A stretch of 64,000 bases of DNA from Clostridiales bacterium (GTDB lineage: Bacteria; Bacillota; Clostridia; Lachnospirales; WRAX01). Of the stretch, positions 1 through 9,172 are shown in pieces. The position numbers were made by a program, and so were the translations under genes. Within the stretch, counting starts at the first letter, position 1. Each line of letters begins with the position of its first letter. Where the stretch lies: positions 339 to 64,338 of the forward strand of contig JAISCI010000102.1 of the NCBI GenBank assembly GCA_031265685.1. The letters run 5' to 3'. The notes under the pieces are model-generated. The model saw nothing but the letters and a program-made list of their open reading frames with translations, made no database searches and was not told the DNA's origin.

Positions 1-135
1 ATGTTTGTGCCGCCGACTATCAGAGCGTCCGCGCAATCTCGCGGATCGACCCGGCGATAACCTCCTATCCCGCTCTTCGCCGTAAAGGACGACGTCCGGG
101 CGGACGATCCCGCCGCAGACGCGGCACACCCGATA
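1..135 (-). pseudogene. Sir2/CobB-family NAD-dependent deacylase fragment (partial at window edge, frameshifted)
   Basis: Minus-strand translation of ~60-135 reads VYRVCRVCGGIVRPDVVLYGEE, the sirtuin CxxCGG-x-RPDVV-x-GE signature. The expected continuation is split over two other frames (EVIAGSIREIA, then ADALIVGGTN). No start codon is present. Confidence 0.4.
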
Positions 136-253
136 CACCATTGCCGCGCGTCGAAAAGGCGTGTGCAAATCCCGCCGCCAAGAGGTTGTCGAAAGTAAGA
201 AAGTGCGTGTCTTTTACTTCACGCTTCGTTGTGTTCTCACCAAAAAGCCCCAA
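125..253 (-). pseudogene. PgeF/YfiH (DUF152)-like N-terminal fragment (~43 aa)
   Basis: ORF 65..253 begins MGLFGENTTKREVKDTHFLTFDNLLAAGFAHAFSTRGNGVSG, which carries the H-x-FSTR-x-GGVS motif of the family. It then runs into Arg/Pro-rich sequence that is the sirtuin remnant read out of frame. Confidence 0.4.
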
Positions 254-584
254 TAATGTGATTCACCGCGCATTCGCCGTGCAACTCGTCGAGCACCTCA
301 ATCACATCGAAACGATACGGCTGCTCTGACGGCAGATCGGTTGCGTACACCAGCGCCGCGCGCTTGATCCGCGCGGTCTGCGCCGGGGTAAGGCATTCGC
401 GCGGCAGGCCGAACGCGCCGTTTTTGCGGCGTTTAACCTCTACAAATACGATGTATTCGCCGTCTCGCGCGATTATATCGATCTCGCCGCCCCGGACGGC
501 GTAGTTTCGCGCGAGAATCGCGTATCCGCGCCGCTCCAAGTGGAACGCCGCGACATCCTCGCCGACGCGCCCAGTTGCGTTCAA
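237..584 (-). CDS. YraN-family endonuclease (UPF0102)
   Basis: 115 aa. GEDVAAFHLERRGYAILARNY...GEIDIIA...IVFVEVKRR is the typical YraN/PD-(D/E)xK core. Confidence 0.85.
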   Translation of the reverse strand: MNATGRVGEDVAAFHLERRGYAILARNYAVRGGEIDIIARDGEYIVFVEVKRRKNGAFGLPRECLTPAQTARIKRAALVYATDLPSEQPYRFDVIEVLDELHGECAVNHIIGAFW

Positions 585-835
585 CGAACCGACGCCCGAT
601 CCAGCCTGTCGATGTAAACCAGCACTTGCGCGACCACTTCATACAATTCTTTCGGAATATACCGCTCCAAGTCGATTTTTTCGAGCGACTCGGCCAGCGC
701 GGCGTCCTCGTGGATGGGTACGCCGGAAGACGCGGCGTTTTCCAATATTTTTTCCGCTATATTACCCGCGCCTTTGGCTATCACCTTCGGCGCGGCTTCC
801 TCCGGGTTGTAGCGCAGCGCCACGGCCTTCTTCAT
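581..835 (-). CDS. FlhB C-terminal-domain-like protein (YlqH/EscU-YscU family)
   Basis: I trimmed the track ORF 581..922 to the ATG at 835, which is preceded by GGAGG. MKKAVALRYNPEEAAPKVIAKGAGNIAEKIL...GVPIHED..LA matches the small FlhB-C-like proteins. It overlaps the YraN start by 4 nt. Confidence 0.8.
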   Translation of the reverse strand: MKKAVALRYNPEEAAPKVIAKGAGNIAEKILENAASSGVPIHEDAALAESLEKIDLERYIPKELYEVVAQVLVYIDRLDRASVR

Positions 836-1084
836 AATAAACCTCCAATGCGGCTGACGCCGGCACAAATAGTTGATGAAAGTCGTGCCGGCCAGCCTAT
901 TTATTGTCGATAATCTCCGCAAGGGAGGAGATTATACTACAAAGAATGGGGCAGGTCAGTTGCGGATTGCCTCCGGGGTAAGAAACAGTATGTAAACCAG
1001 AATCACTCCCACCCCACGACCGACGTTTTAACGGCTCGTTAACTTGCTGACGATTCAGTCCATATCGTCCCCGATTTTTGGATG

Positions 1085-1150
1085 GATTTTGCGTCAACCT
1101 CGCAAAACTTGTCCAAGTGATAACGCGACGCGAACTTCGCCCACACAAAA
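1085..1150. repeat. GATTTTGCG-N7-CGCAAAAC hairpin plus degenerate GCAAAATTC-family motifs
   Basis: The hairpin is gattttgcg tcaacct cgcaaaac, followed by gataacgcg and caaaattc motifs. It sits directly downstream of the rnhB stop. Confidence 0.5.
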
Positions 1151-1154
1151 TTCA

Positions 1155-1739
1155 TCAATACAGCCGGAATGTTTTGCGGTGTATCGGGCACGGCCCCATA
1201 CTGCGGATCGCGGCGTAGTGCGCGGCGGTGGGGTATCCCTTGTGCGCGGCGAAACCGTAGCCCGGATATACCGCGTCATATTCTTCCATAATCCTGTCGC
1301 GCGTCACTTTCGCGATGATCGAGGCCGCCGCGATAGAGAGACACTTGGCGTCGCCCTTCACAATCCCCTCTCCCGGCGCGGCTAACCCTGGAATGGCGAA
1401 ACCGTCCGAAAGCACCGCTCCGGGGGCTGGGCAAAGTCCCGCTACGGCCCGGCGCATCGCCTCAAACGAGGCTTGTCTTATATTTATTTCGTCAATAACG
1501 TCCTCCGGCACAACACCCACGGCATACTCCGCCGCGCGGGTTATCTCGGCGAAGAGCGCGGATCGGACCTTCGGCGAGAGCTTCTTCGAGTCGTTGATTC
1601 CGGTTATTTCCAAGTCGGCGGGCAGCACGACCGCCGCCGCCACGACCGGGCCGGCCAGCGGCCCGCGCCCCGCTTCGTCCACCCCGGCTATACGCGCGAA
1701 TCCCAGCCTCCGCCATTTCTCCTCGTACGCCCTGTCCAT
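1155..1739 (-). CDS. rnhB: ribonuclease HII
   Basis: 194 aa. IAGVDEAGRGPLAGPVV...INDSKKL...DAKCLSIAAASIIAKVTRD are canonical RNase HII motifs. Confidence 0.95.
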   Translation of the reverse strand: MDRAYEEKWRRLGFARIAGVDEAGRGPLAGPVVAAAVVLPADLEITGINDSKKLSPKVRSALFAEITRAAEYAVGVVPEDVIDEINIRQASFEAMRRAVAGLCPAPGAVLSDGFAIPGLAAPGEGIVKGDAKCLSIAAASIIAKVTRDRIMEEYDAVYPGYGFAAHKGYPTAAHYAAIRSMGPCPIHRKTFRLY

Positions 1740-3058
1740 CAGCCTTGCCCCCGCAGGCGCTCGAGCCGTTCCTTGATCGCTTTTTCCGCGCCGTTTTCAG
1801 TTGGATTGTAATAGATCCGGCCCGCTAATTCATCCGGCAGGTACTGCTGCGGCACATAATTGCCGGGATAATCGTGCGCGTATTTGTAGCCGATTCCGTT
1901 GCCGAGCCGGACGCTTCCGGGATAGTGCGCGTCGCGGAGGTGACGCGGCACGCCGGAGATATTAACGCCCACGACGTCGCTCCGCGCGGACGTCACTGCC
2001 ATGACCGCGCAGTTCGACTTCGGCGCGGACGCGACATAGAGTACGGCCTGCGAAAGCGGTATCTGCGCTTCGGGGAATCCGACAAACCGCGCCGCCTCCG
2101 CCGCCGAAGCCGCGACGACGAGCGCCATGGGGTCGGCGTTGCCGACGTCTTCGGCGGCGCATATCACGATACGCCGCGCGATAAACTCGGGATCCTCCCC
2201 GGCGTAGATCATACGCGCGAGATAATACACGGCGGCGTCGGGGTCGGAGCCGCGCATGGACTTGATGAACGCGGAGACGACGTCATAATGGCTGTCGCCG
2301 GAGTCGTACACAACATGCTTTTTCTGGATACATTCGGAAGCCTCGTCAAGGCCGACGCGTATAACCCCCGCGTCGTCGGGCCGGGTGGTCAGCACGGCCA
2401 GCTCAAGCGCGTTGTAGGCGTTCCGAGCGTCGCCGCCCGCCGCCTCCGCGAGAAACGCGAGCGCCTCCGCCGATATTTCCAGAGGCAATTTGCCGAAGCC
2501 GCCGCGCTCGTCCGTTACGGCGCGCTCGAGCAACGCGCGGATCGCTTCGGCGGAGAGCGGGTGGAGCTCGAATATGATCGAGCGCGATACGAGCGCTTTG
2601 TTCACCTCAAAAAACGGGTTCTCGGTCGTCGCGCCGATCAGGACGAGCGTGCCGTCCTCGACATGCGGGAGCAGGGCGTCCTGCTGCGCCTTGTTGAAAC
2701 GGTGGATCTCGTCGATAAAAAGGGTCGTCCGGCGCCCGCCCAACGCCAAAAGACCGTTCGCCTCGTCCGCGACGGCCTTGATGTCTTTCACGCCGGCCGT
2801 CGTCGCGTTCAGGCGCACAAACGCCGACTTGGTGGCGTTCGCGATGATGGCGGCCAGCGTCGTCTTGCCCGTTCCGGGCGGTCCGTAGAATACCGCGCTC
2901 GTCAGCTTGTCCGCCTTGATCGCGCGCCAAAGCAGCTTGCCGGGCGCCACGATGTGCTCCTGACCGACAAACTCTTCCAGCGTCTTCGGACGCATCCGCG
3001 CCGCCAGCGGCGATCCGGTCTCGAGCGCCCGGTCGCGAGCCATATCATACAGGTTCAT
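1739..3058 (-). CDS. rarA: replication-associated recombination protein A (AAA+ ATPase)
   Basis: 439 aa. Walker A GPPGTGKTT, Walker B LFIDEIHRFNK, and a MgsA C-terminal domain (YDVVSAFIKSMRGSDPDAAVYYLARM). Confidence 0.95.
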   Translation of the reverse strand: MNLYDMARDRALETGSPLAARMRPKTLEEFVGQEHIVAPGKLLWRAIKADKLTSAVFYGPPGTGKTTLAAIIANATKSAFVRLNATTAGVKDIKAVADEANGLLALGGRRTTLFIDEIHRFNKAQQDALLPHVEDGTLVLIGATTENPFFEVNKALVSRSIIFELHPLSAEAIRALLERAVTDERGGFGKLPLEISAEALAFLAEAAGGDARNAYNALELAVLTTRPDDAGVIRVGLDEASECIQKKHVVYDSGDSHYDVVSAFIKSMRGSDPDAAVYYLARMIYAGEDPEFIARRIVICAAEDVGNADPMALVVAASAAEAARFVGFPEAQIPLSQAVLYVASAPKSNCAVMAVTSARSDVVGVNISGVPRHLRDAHYPGSVRLGNGIGYKYAHDYPGNYVPQQYLPDELAGRIYYNPTENGAEKAIKERLERLRGQG

Positions 3059-3462
3059 ATCGCGCCGATCCGCGCCGCCAGCCGATTCAGCTCATCTCCG
3101 GGGACCTCCGCCGGACGCCAGCCGAATCTGTAGCTGTCACCGTCGAAGCGCGGAACAACGTGCAGGTGATAATGCATGACGCTCTGGCCGACAGCGGCGC
3201 CATTATTCTGCAGAATGTTGATACCGACCGGCGCAAGCGCCTTGTCGAGCGCGGCGGCGACGCGCTTCGCCAGCGGGAGAACGCCCGCCGCCGTCTCGTC
3301 CGGCAGGTCCAGCAGGTTCTCGGCGTGTTCTTTCGGGATGACAAGCGCGTGGCCCGGATTGCCCGGAAATTTGTCCAAGATAACTACAAACTTGCCGTCC
3401 TCGTAGAGCTTGCGCGACGGGATCTCCCCGCGGATTATTTTGCAGAAAACGCAATCCCTCAT
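3055..3462 (-). CDS. HIT-family (histidine triad) protein
   Basis: 135 aa. CVFCKII..EIP and the HYHLHVVPR histidine triad. Confidence 0.9.
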   Translation of the reverse strand: MRDCVFCKIIRGEIPSRKLYEDGKFVVILDKFPGNPGHALVIPKEHAENLLDLPDETAAGVLPLAKRVAAALDKALAPVGINILQNNGAAVGQSVMHYHLHVVPRFDGDSYRFGWRPAEVPGDELNRLAARIGAI

Positions 3463-3492
3463 CAGATAAGCCCCTCCATCAAATAACCTCCG

Positions 3493-5292
3493 TCAGATAA
3501 GCGTTTCCATCTCGTCCACCAGCCCGGCGAACACCGACAACGCGGCGCGGATCGGCTCGGGCGAGGACATATCTACGCCCGCTCGCGCGAGCTGCGCTAT
3601 CGGGTAGTCCGACGACCCGCCGGCAAGAAATTCCAAGTATCGCGCCCGGGCGGATTCGCCCTCGGTAAGCAGCGCTCGCGCGATAGCGATAGCCGCCGAG
3701 TAGCCCGTGGCGTATTTATAAACATAGTACGCGTTGTAGAAATGCGGTATCCGCGCCCACTCGTCCGCGATACGCGCGTCGGTTTCGGCTCCGCCGCCGT
3801 AATACTTGCGGTTTAGCCCGGCGTACATCTCGGACAGGACGTCGGCGGTCAGAGGCTTGTCGTTTTGCGCGGCTTCGTGCGCCAGCAACTCGAATTCGGC
3901 GAACTGTGTCTGCCGGAATAGCGTTCCGCGGAACTCCTCGAGGTAGTAATTGATGAAATAGGCCCGTTTCGCCTTGTCGGAGGTGTCGGCGAGCAAGCGC
4001 TCGATCAGCAGCGCCTCGTTGACGGTGCTGGCGACTTCCGCGAGGAAGATCGGGTAGTCGGCGTAAGTGAACGGCTGGCGCCCCCACGTCAGCAGGCTGT
4101 GCATGGCGTGTCCCATCTCGTGCGCCAGCGTGAACATATCCTTCACGCGCCCCTCGTAGTTGAGGCTGACGAACGGGTGGCAGCCATACGCGCCCCACTG
4201 AAACGCGCCGGAGCGCTTGTTCTCGTTCTCGTAAACGTCGATCCAGCCGCCGTCCATACCGCGCCGCGTCTTCTCGGCGTAATCCGCGCCGAGCGGCTCA
4301 AGGCTCGCCAGAAACAGCCGCTTCGCTTCGTCATAACTGACGCGGGCGTCCGCTTCCGGCACGATCGGAACATACATGTCGTACATCTCAAGCTTATCGA
4401 CGCCCAGCGCTTTTTTGCGGATAGCCATATATTTATGCAGCGCGGGCAGGAAATCCCCCGCCGCCGCGATCAAATTGCGATACACCTCATCCGGCACGTT
4501 GTCGCCGGAGAGAGCCATCTCAAGCGCGGACGCGTAGCCGCGGGTTTCGGCGTAGAAATTATCGCCGGTAACGCTGGCCTGATACAATCCGGCGTATGTG
4601 TTGCGGAACCGCCCGATCGTATCGTACATCGCCTCGTAAGCGCGGCGGCGGACATCCCTGTCGCGCGACTCCATGAACGATGTGTAGTTGCCGAGCGTCA
4701 GCCGGGCGAGCGAGCCGTCCTCGCCGATTATCTCCGGGAATTTGGTGTCGGCTTCGTGGAGTATGTCGAAAACAGCTTCCGGAGTACGCGCCAAATCCGC
4801 CGTCCGCGCCAGAAGCGCCTCGCGCGGAGCGTCGAGGACATGCTCGCTCCTGCGCAGAAGGTCGTCAAGCAGATGCGCGTAGACCGTCAAGTCCGCGCTC
4901 TCCCGCGTGAAGCGCGCGATAGTGTCCTTGCCCAGCGCGATTATCTCGGGCGACAGGAAACTCTCCGCCGCCGCCAGCTTCGCGGCCATCGCGTCGGCGC
5001 GGTCGGCCATCGCTTTGTAGCGTTGGTTCCCTGTATCCTCGTAATAACGCAAGTGCGCGTATACATACAATCTCGTGAACCGCTCGCCGACCTCGTCGGA
5101 CAGGCGGAGCGCGGAGACGAGCCGCTCGGCGGACTCGCCCAGGCTGCCGGCGTATTCGGCGAACCGCGCCATATCCGCGGGCACCGCCGCGAAACCCCTC
5201 TCCCAGTCGCCGTCCGTCGCGAACAGATCCTCTGTCTTCCATTTATACCGCGGGTCGGCCTCCGCGCGTTTCGGTATTTCTTTCATCGGCAC
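3493..5292 (-). CDS. pepF: oligoendopeptidase F (M3B metallopeptidase)
   Basis: 599 aa with the HEMGHAMH zinc motif and PepF-like length. The track start at 5292 is GTG. The ATG two codons later (5286) is equally plausible. Confidence 0.9.
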   Translation of the reverse strand: MPMKEIPKRAEADPRYKWKTEDLFATDGDWERGFAAVPADMARFAEYAGSLGESAERLVSALRLSDEVGERFTRLYVYAHLRYYEDTGNQRYKAMADRADAMAAKLAAAESFLSPEIIALGKDTIARFTRESADLTVYAHLLDDLLRRSEHVLDAPREALLARTADLARTPEAVFDILHEADTKFPEIIGEDGSLARLTLGNYTSFMESRDRDVRRRAYEAMYDTIGRFRNTYAGLYQASVTGDNFYAETRGYASALEMALSGDNVPDEVYRNLIAAAGDFLPALHKYMAIRKKALGVDKLEMYDMYVPIVPEADARVSYDEAKRLFLASLEPLGADYAEKTRRGMDGGWIDVYENENKRSGAFQWGAYGCHPFVSLNYEGRVKDMFTLAHEMGHAMHSLLTWGRQPFTYADYPIFLAEVASTVNEALLIERLLADTSDKAKRAYFINYYLEEFRGTLFRQTQFAEFELLAHEAAQNDKPLTADVLSEMYAGLNRKYYGGGAETDARIADEWARIPHFYNAYYVYKYATGYSAAIAIARALLTEGESARARYLEFLAGGSSDYPIAQLARAGVDMSSPEPIRAALSVFAGLVDEMETLI

Positions 5293-5315
5293 ACATCCTG
5301 TCTATTGATTTAAGC

Positions 5316-5380
5316 GGGATTAGTATAAACTAATTCCATTCTAAAGGACGGATAAAAATCTAAATGGAATTAGTATAAAC
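5316..5380. repeat. family-A palindromic element, short form
   Basis: actaattccatt (5329-5340) pairs with aatggaattagt (5364-5375) around ggataaaaatct. There is also a partial direct copy of the terminus (attagtataaac occurs twice). Confidence 0.75.
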
Positions 5381-5406
5381 CCCATATGTTAGCATATGGG
5401 GTTTTC
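5378..5406 (-). terminator. rho-independent terminator (usable in both directions)
   Basis: aaccccatatg-ttag-catatggggtt hairpin with T/A runs on both sides, immediately downstream of the 5413 stop. Confidence 0.7.
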
Positions 5407-5412
5407 GGATAG

Positions 5413-6582
5413 TTATTCAGCGGCGGCCGCTTCCGTCGGTTCATCCGTAACCGCGGACTCGCTCGGGATCGCGCCTTCGGGTACGTCCAGCGGCGGCGTC
5501 GGAGAGGGCGACGGCTTGATCTCGGCCACGCCCGGTATCGAGGCGAACTGATAGGCGACGGGGTTTGACCAGACGTCGGCGCTTTCGCTCAGAGAACTCA
5601 GAACGCCGTCGAAAGCCTCGTCCCGCGTCTGCGTCTTGAACGCCTCGAGCTGCTCGGCGCGGAGAACGTCTTTGTCCGCCGGGATCTTCGACGCTATTTT
5701 AATGATATAATACCACGTTGTGCCGGATCCGTCCTCGTCCTCGACGGCGATAACGTCCGACGTCTCGCCGACGGCCAGTTCATAGGCCGCGTCGATGATC
5801 TCCTGGCTGGACCCGGCGTCGATGAGCTGTGGTTCCTCGTAGCCCATGCCCTCCTCGAATGTCTCCTGCTCCCTGATCAGCTGAACAAAGTCCGTACCGG
5901 CGTCAAGAAGCGCCTTCGCCTGATTCGCGGCGTCCTCGCTCCCCTCGAACCGGAGCATATAGACCTCGGTCTCGTCGAGAGTCTTCTCATTCTCGGTCAG
6001 GTAATTAGCCATATACTCCTCGAACCTGGCGTCGAAATCCGCGCCCGATACCTGCGTGTCCTTCAGCTTGACGACGTCCTCAAGCAGGGAGTAATATTTA
6101 TCGTCGAGCGCTTGCTGGCGAACCCACTTCTCGTTTATGCCGTATGTTTTCTTTTCCTCGTCGGTGAAATCCGCCATTCGCTCGGCCACCTCTTTGCCGA
6201 TCTCATCGTAATCGGAATCGACGAGCCGGATGCCTCGGCGCGCGGCTTCCTGACGAACCATCGCGGATGTGATAAGGCCGTTGAGCACGGAACTCTTGAC
6301 GGAATCAAGCGTCGCCGCGGACGTGCCGTCCTCGCCGTACCATACGTCCTCGCCGCCGTAAGCCTCGTACATCAGTTTCATGTTGACAAGCTGGAAATCA
6401 AAATACTGCCGGCTTACGCCCTCGCCGTTCACGGTCGCGATATTGGGCGACAGCGCGTACGCCGCGTTGACCCAGCCATTCCATCCAAGTACCACCAGGG
6501 CGCCAATAATGACGGCGATCGTTACAATCACGGTCGCCCAATCGGTTTTTCGCGCGGCTTGCTTCTTTGCCATTCCATCCAC
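5413..6582 (-). CDS. membrane-anchored SurA N-terminal-domain / PrsA-like foldase
   Basis: 389 aa. One N-terminal TM helix (WATVIVTIAVIIGALVVLGW), then a SurA-N-like chaperone region and a degenerate parvulin-like part. The start may instead be the ATG at 6573. Confidence 0.65.
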   Translation of the reverse strand: MDGMAKKQAARKTDWATVIVTIAVIIGALVVLGWNGWVNAAYALSPNIATVNGEGVSRQYFDFQLVNMKLMYEAYGGEDVWYGEDGTSAATLDSVKSSVLNGLITSAMVRQEAARRGIRLVDSDYDEIGKEVAERMADFTDEEKKTYGINEKWVRQQALDDKYYSLLEDVVKLKDTQVSGADFDARFEEYMANYLTENEKTLDETEVYMLRFEGSEDAANQAKALLDAGTDFVQLIREQETFEEGMGYEEPQLIDAGSSQEIIDAAYELAVGETSDVIAVEDEDGSGTTWYYIIKIASKIPADKDVLRAEQLEAFKTQTRDEAFDGVLSSLSESADVWSNPVAYQFASIPGVAEIKPSPSPTPPLDVPEGAIPSESAVTDEPTEAAAAE

Positions 6583-6649
6583 CCAATCCGTTTAATTTAT
6601 ACACCCGAATATTATACAACAGAACCCCGGCGTTTTTCAACAGAAATTT

Positions 6650-7042
6650 TTAGTCTCCGCCTTTTTGGGAAGGTTCGCGCCCGAACGTTATGATGATCGC
6701 GGCCGCCGCCGTGATCGCCGTAAACGGCACAGCGTAATAAAACACCGTGAGCTGGGGTACCATGCCGCGAAACGCCCCCGGCGACACCGTGTCCCAGATG
6801 AAGACTCCCACGGGCGACACCCAGAAACTTATCGGCAGCAGCGCGATCCTGTCCAGCCGGAACCGGGCGAAAATATACGCGTACAGCGCGGACAGCAGGT
6901 ATATGAACCCAAGCAGCGCCAGCGGCGTAACCGCCGGGCTGTTCGACGACATGCCCTCGAGGGCCGCCCCTACGACAAACATCAGGAACGCGAACACGGA
7001 CGGCGCCGCCAGAAACAACGCGCTCTTATACCATCTTTTCAT
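6650..7042 (-). CDS. small integral membrane protein (4 predicted TM helices)
   Basis: I trimmed the track ORF 6650..7333 to the ATG at 7042, which has an AGGGGGA RBS. MKRWYKSALFLAAPSVFAFLMFVV... The longer N-terminus is Arg-rich antisense junk overlapping tmcAL. Confidence 0.65.
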   Translation of the reverse strand: MKRWYKSALFLAAPSVFAFLMFVVGAALEGMSSNSPAVTPLALLGFIYLLSALYAYIFARFRLDRIALLPISFWVSPVGVFIWDTVSPGAFRGMVPQLTVFYYAVPFTAITAAAAIIITFGREPSQKGGD

Positions 7043-7055
7043 GACGATCCCCCTT

Positions 7056-7105
7056 ATACCAATCCCATTTAGATTTTTATCCGTCATTTGGAATGGAATT
7101 AGCAT
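7056..7105. repeat. family-A palindromic element, short form (inverted relative to 5316..5380)
   Basis: ataccaatcccatt tagatttttatccgtcattt ggaatggaattagcat is nearly identical to the reverse complement of the 5.3-kb copy. The tmcAL TAA stop (7099-7101) lies inside its terminus. Confidence 0.8.
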
Positions 7106-8283
7106 TGTCCCCGCTCCACGGCGACCCCTCGGTAAAACTCTTCTCTCCGGCGGCATCCGCCAGTATACATATAGTACAGATCCGACGCGCGCAGCTCGGT
7201 TTCGAGCGTATCCGAGAAACCGCGCCTCCCCACGACGACGGGAACGGTCGCCCGCCGCGACATCTCCCCGACAAGCCGCTCCGCTCCGCTCCGGAAGCCC
7301 AATACGCGGATGTAATCCGGCTCTCTGCGGCACTCGTCCGGACCGATCCCAATCAGCGCCCGCAGCATCGCCCGGCGCACCGCCCCCTCGGACTGTGTAC
7401 GGGATTTGGCGGCGCTCACGATACCGTCTGCGTCGCGCGCGAAAGCCGCCGCGCTGATACGCCTCTCCAGTCCGCCGTCCGGCTCGGACCTTGTCAGGGC
7501 GTAGCGTATCGCGTCCGAGAACAGCGACAGCCGCCCCAATACCTTCGCACCCCCGATCGCCGCGAAGCTCTCCGCGGGGACCATTTCCCGGTACTGGGCT
7601 CCGGACAGCGCCGCGCGGCGCACGTCCGACGCGCTAGCGAAATCCCCGCGCCTGAGGGCGAACGGCTCCAGTTGACGCGCGCAAAATTCGCTGACCCGCC
7701 GGATAGCTTTCAGGTACTCCACGCCCAGCGTGTCGTTGGGATGGCCTCGCGGGGGAAACCGGCTTCCGTGGAATTTGGCTTGACTCGAAGCGTTATCGAG
7801 TGAGCCGCGCGGTAACGCGGCGCAAAACTCATCGCAGACTTCTCCGTAGGCGGCGGCGTATGGTATGCCCTCGCGGATCAGCCGCCGGAGCTTCTCGGGT
7901 AAACCGGGGTCGGCTTCGGCCCGGAGCGCCGCGTCCGCCGCCTCGGCTATCGGCTCGATCGCGCCCGTCTCGCTGCCGAAAGCGAACACGTCGCAGACGC
8001 CCGTGGCCGCGACGACCGACACGGACCCCCGCGCGAAAAACTCGGCGGAAGAGAGCGCGTACCGCGCCGGAAGCTCCAGCAGAACGTCCGCGCCAAGGCG
8101 CAGCGCGGTCTGGGCGCGGCTGAACTTGTCGATAAGCGCCGGTTCTCCGCGCTGGACGAAATTGCCGCTCATAACCGCGACAAGCGGCTTGCCCGGGAAC
8201 CGGTCTCGGAGCGTATCCAGAAAATACTTGTGCCCGTTATGGAACGGATTGAACTCCGCCGCGAAGCCGACCGCGCCGGTCAT
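7099..8283 (-). CDS. tmcAL: tRNA(Met) cytidine acetate ligase (YlbM/UPF0348 nucleotidyltransferase)
   Basis: 394 aa. N-terminal EFNPFHNGHKYFL...VAVMSGNFVQRGEPA is the TmcAL signature. Confidence 0.85.
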   Translation of the reverse strand: MTGAVGFAAEFNPFHNGHKYFLDTLRDRFPGKPLVAVMSGNFVQRGEPALIDKFSRAQTALRLGADVLLELPARYALSSAEFFARGSVSVVAATGVCDVFAFGSETGAIEPIAEAADAALRAEADPGLPEKLRRLIREGIPYAAAYGEVCDEFCAALPRGSLDNASSQAKFHGSRFPPRGHPNDTLGVEYLKAIRRVSEFCARQLEPFALRRGDFASASDVRRAALSGAQYREMVPAESFAAIGGAKVLGRLSLFSDAIRYALTRSEPDGGLERRISAAAFARDADGIVSAAKSRTQSEGAVRRAMLRALIGIGPDECRREPDYIRVLGFRSGAERLVGEMSRRATVPVVVGRRGFSDTLETELRASDLYYMYTGGCRRREEFYRGVAVERGQC

Positions 8284-9158
8284 TCCGCGGCCAGCGCGGC
8301 TACCGCCCGCCCCTTGTCGCTGTCCGCGTCAAACCCGCCTATGGCGTCACTTCCCATCAGCAGTACCTGATATTGGGCGGATAAGAGCGTCGCCTCGCCC
8401 GTTTCGGGATCGAAAGCGCGGCGCGTGAGCAGCTTGAGGCAGCCGTCGGCGGAGTCCGACAAAGAGGGCAGGTCGCCGATGCCGGGCACGACCGCGGTCA
8501 GGTCGGCGCGCGTAACCGTATCCGGGAAGTCCACCCACCGCGACACGGCGTCCTCAAACAGAACGAGTTCGCCGCCGGCGTACTCGAACCGCTCGTATAT
8601 ATCCGCGCCCGCTTCCTCGCGGTAGGCTGATACGCTTTTGTTCTCGGCGTCAAAGTCGCAATGCAGGTAGGCCGAGAGCGCGGCGTCAAACTCGAAGACG
8701 CCACTGGCGTTCTTCCAGACATAATACGCGTAGTGCGGTTGGCTCGAGCTGATCATCCTGTCACACACGCGCAAATCGTTATAACCGTCGAAGTTTACGT
8801 CCAGCGCGCCCGCGTTGAACACCTCCGCCTCGATACGGTTTCCGTCCGCGGTCAGCGCCAGCAGGTCGATACGGTTGACGACGGAGCCGTCCGCCGCGGC
8901 GACGACCAGCGTGTCGAAGCCAAAACCTTTCCCGTCGGCGGGCGGTTCCGCGCCGTAAACGTATTCGCGGCCTGTCGCCGTCAGCGTGACCGTCCCGACG
9001 TCGCCGCCGACGGACATGGTTCTATCGACCGATACGGCGGACGCGTCGTCCGTGGGCGCCGGCGGTAAAGACGGCTCTGTCGCCGTCTCTTCCGGGGCGG
9101 GGCTAGCCGCGCAACCGGCCAGCGCCAGGCAAATGAACAATATTATCCACAACCGCAT
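8280..9158 (-). CDS. lipoprotein, function unknown
   Basis: 292 aa. Signal peptide plus lipobox MRLWIILFICLALAGC. Overlaps the tmcAL start by 4 nt. Confidence 0.7.
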   Translation of the reverse strand: MRLWIILFICLALAGCAASPAPEETATEPSLPPAPTDDASAVSVDRTMSVGGDVGTVTLTATGREYVYGAEPPADGKGFGFDTLVVAAADGSVVNRIDLLALTADGNRIEAEVFNAGALDVNFDGYNDLRVCDRMISSSQPHYAYYVWKNASGVFEFDAALSAYLHCDFDAENKSVSAYREEAGADIYERFEYAGGELVLFEDAVSRWVDFPDTVTRADLTAVVPGIGDLPSLSDSADGCLKLLTRRAFDPETGEATLLSAQYQVLLMGSDAIGGFDADSDKGRAVAALAAE

Positions 9159-9172
9159 ATATCGAGCCTCCG

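Noticed and set aside
6650-7333. N-terminal extensions of track ORFs (6650..7333, 24071..26206, 29378..30463, 35513..37339, 38005..38568, 45020..45619, 46484..47791, 55369..56838, 581..922, 16791..18545).
   Set aside because: The extensions overlap the upstream gene or a repeat and are compositionally junk. An internal start with a good RBS reproduces the normal N-terminus of the family, so I trimmed the coordinates accordingly.
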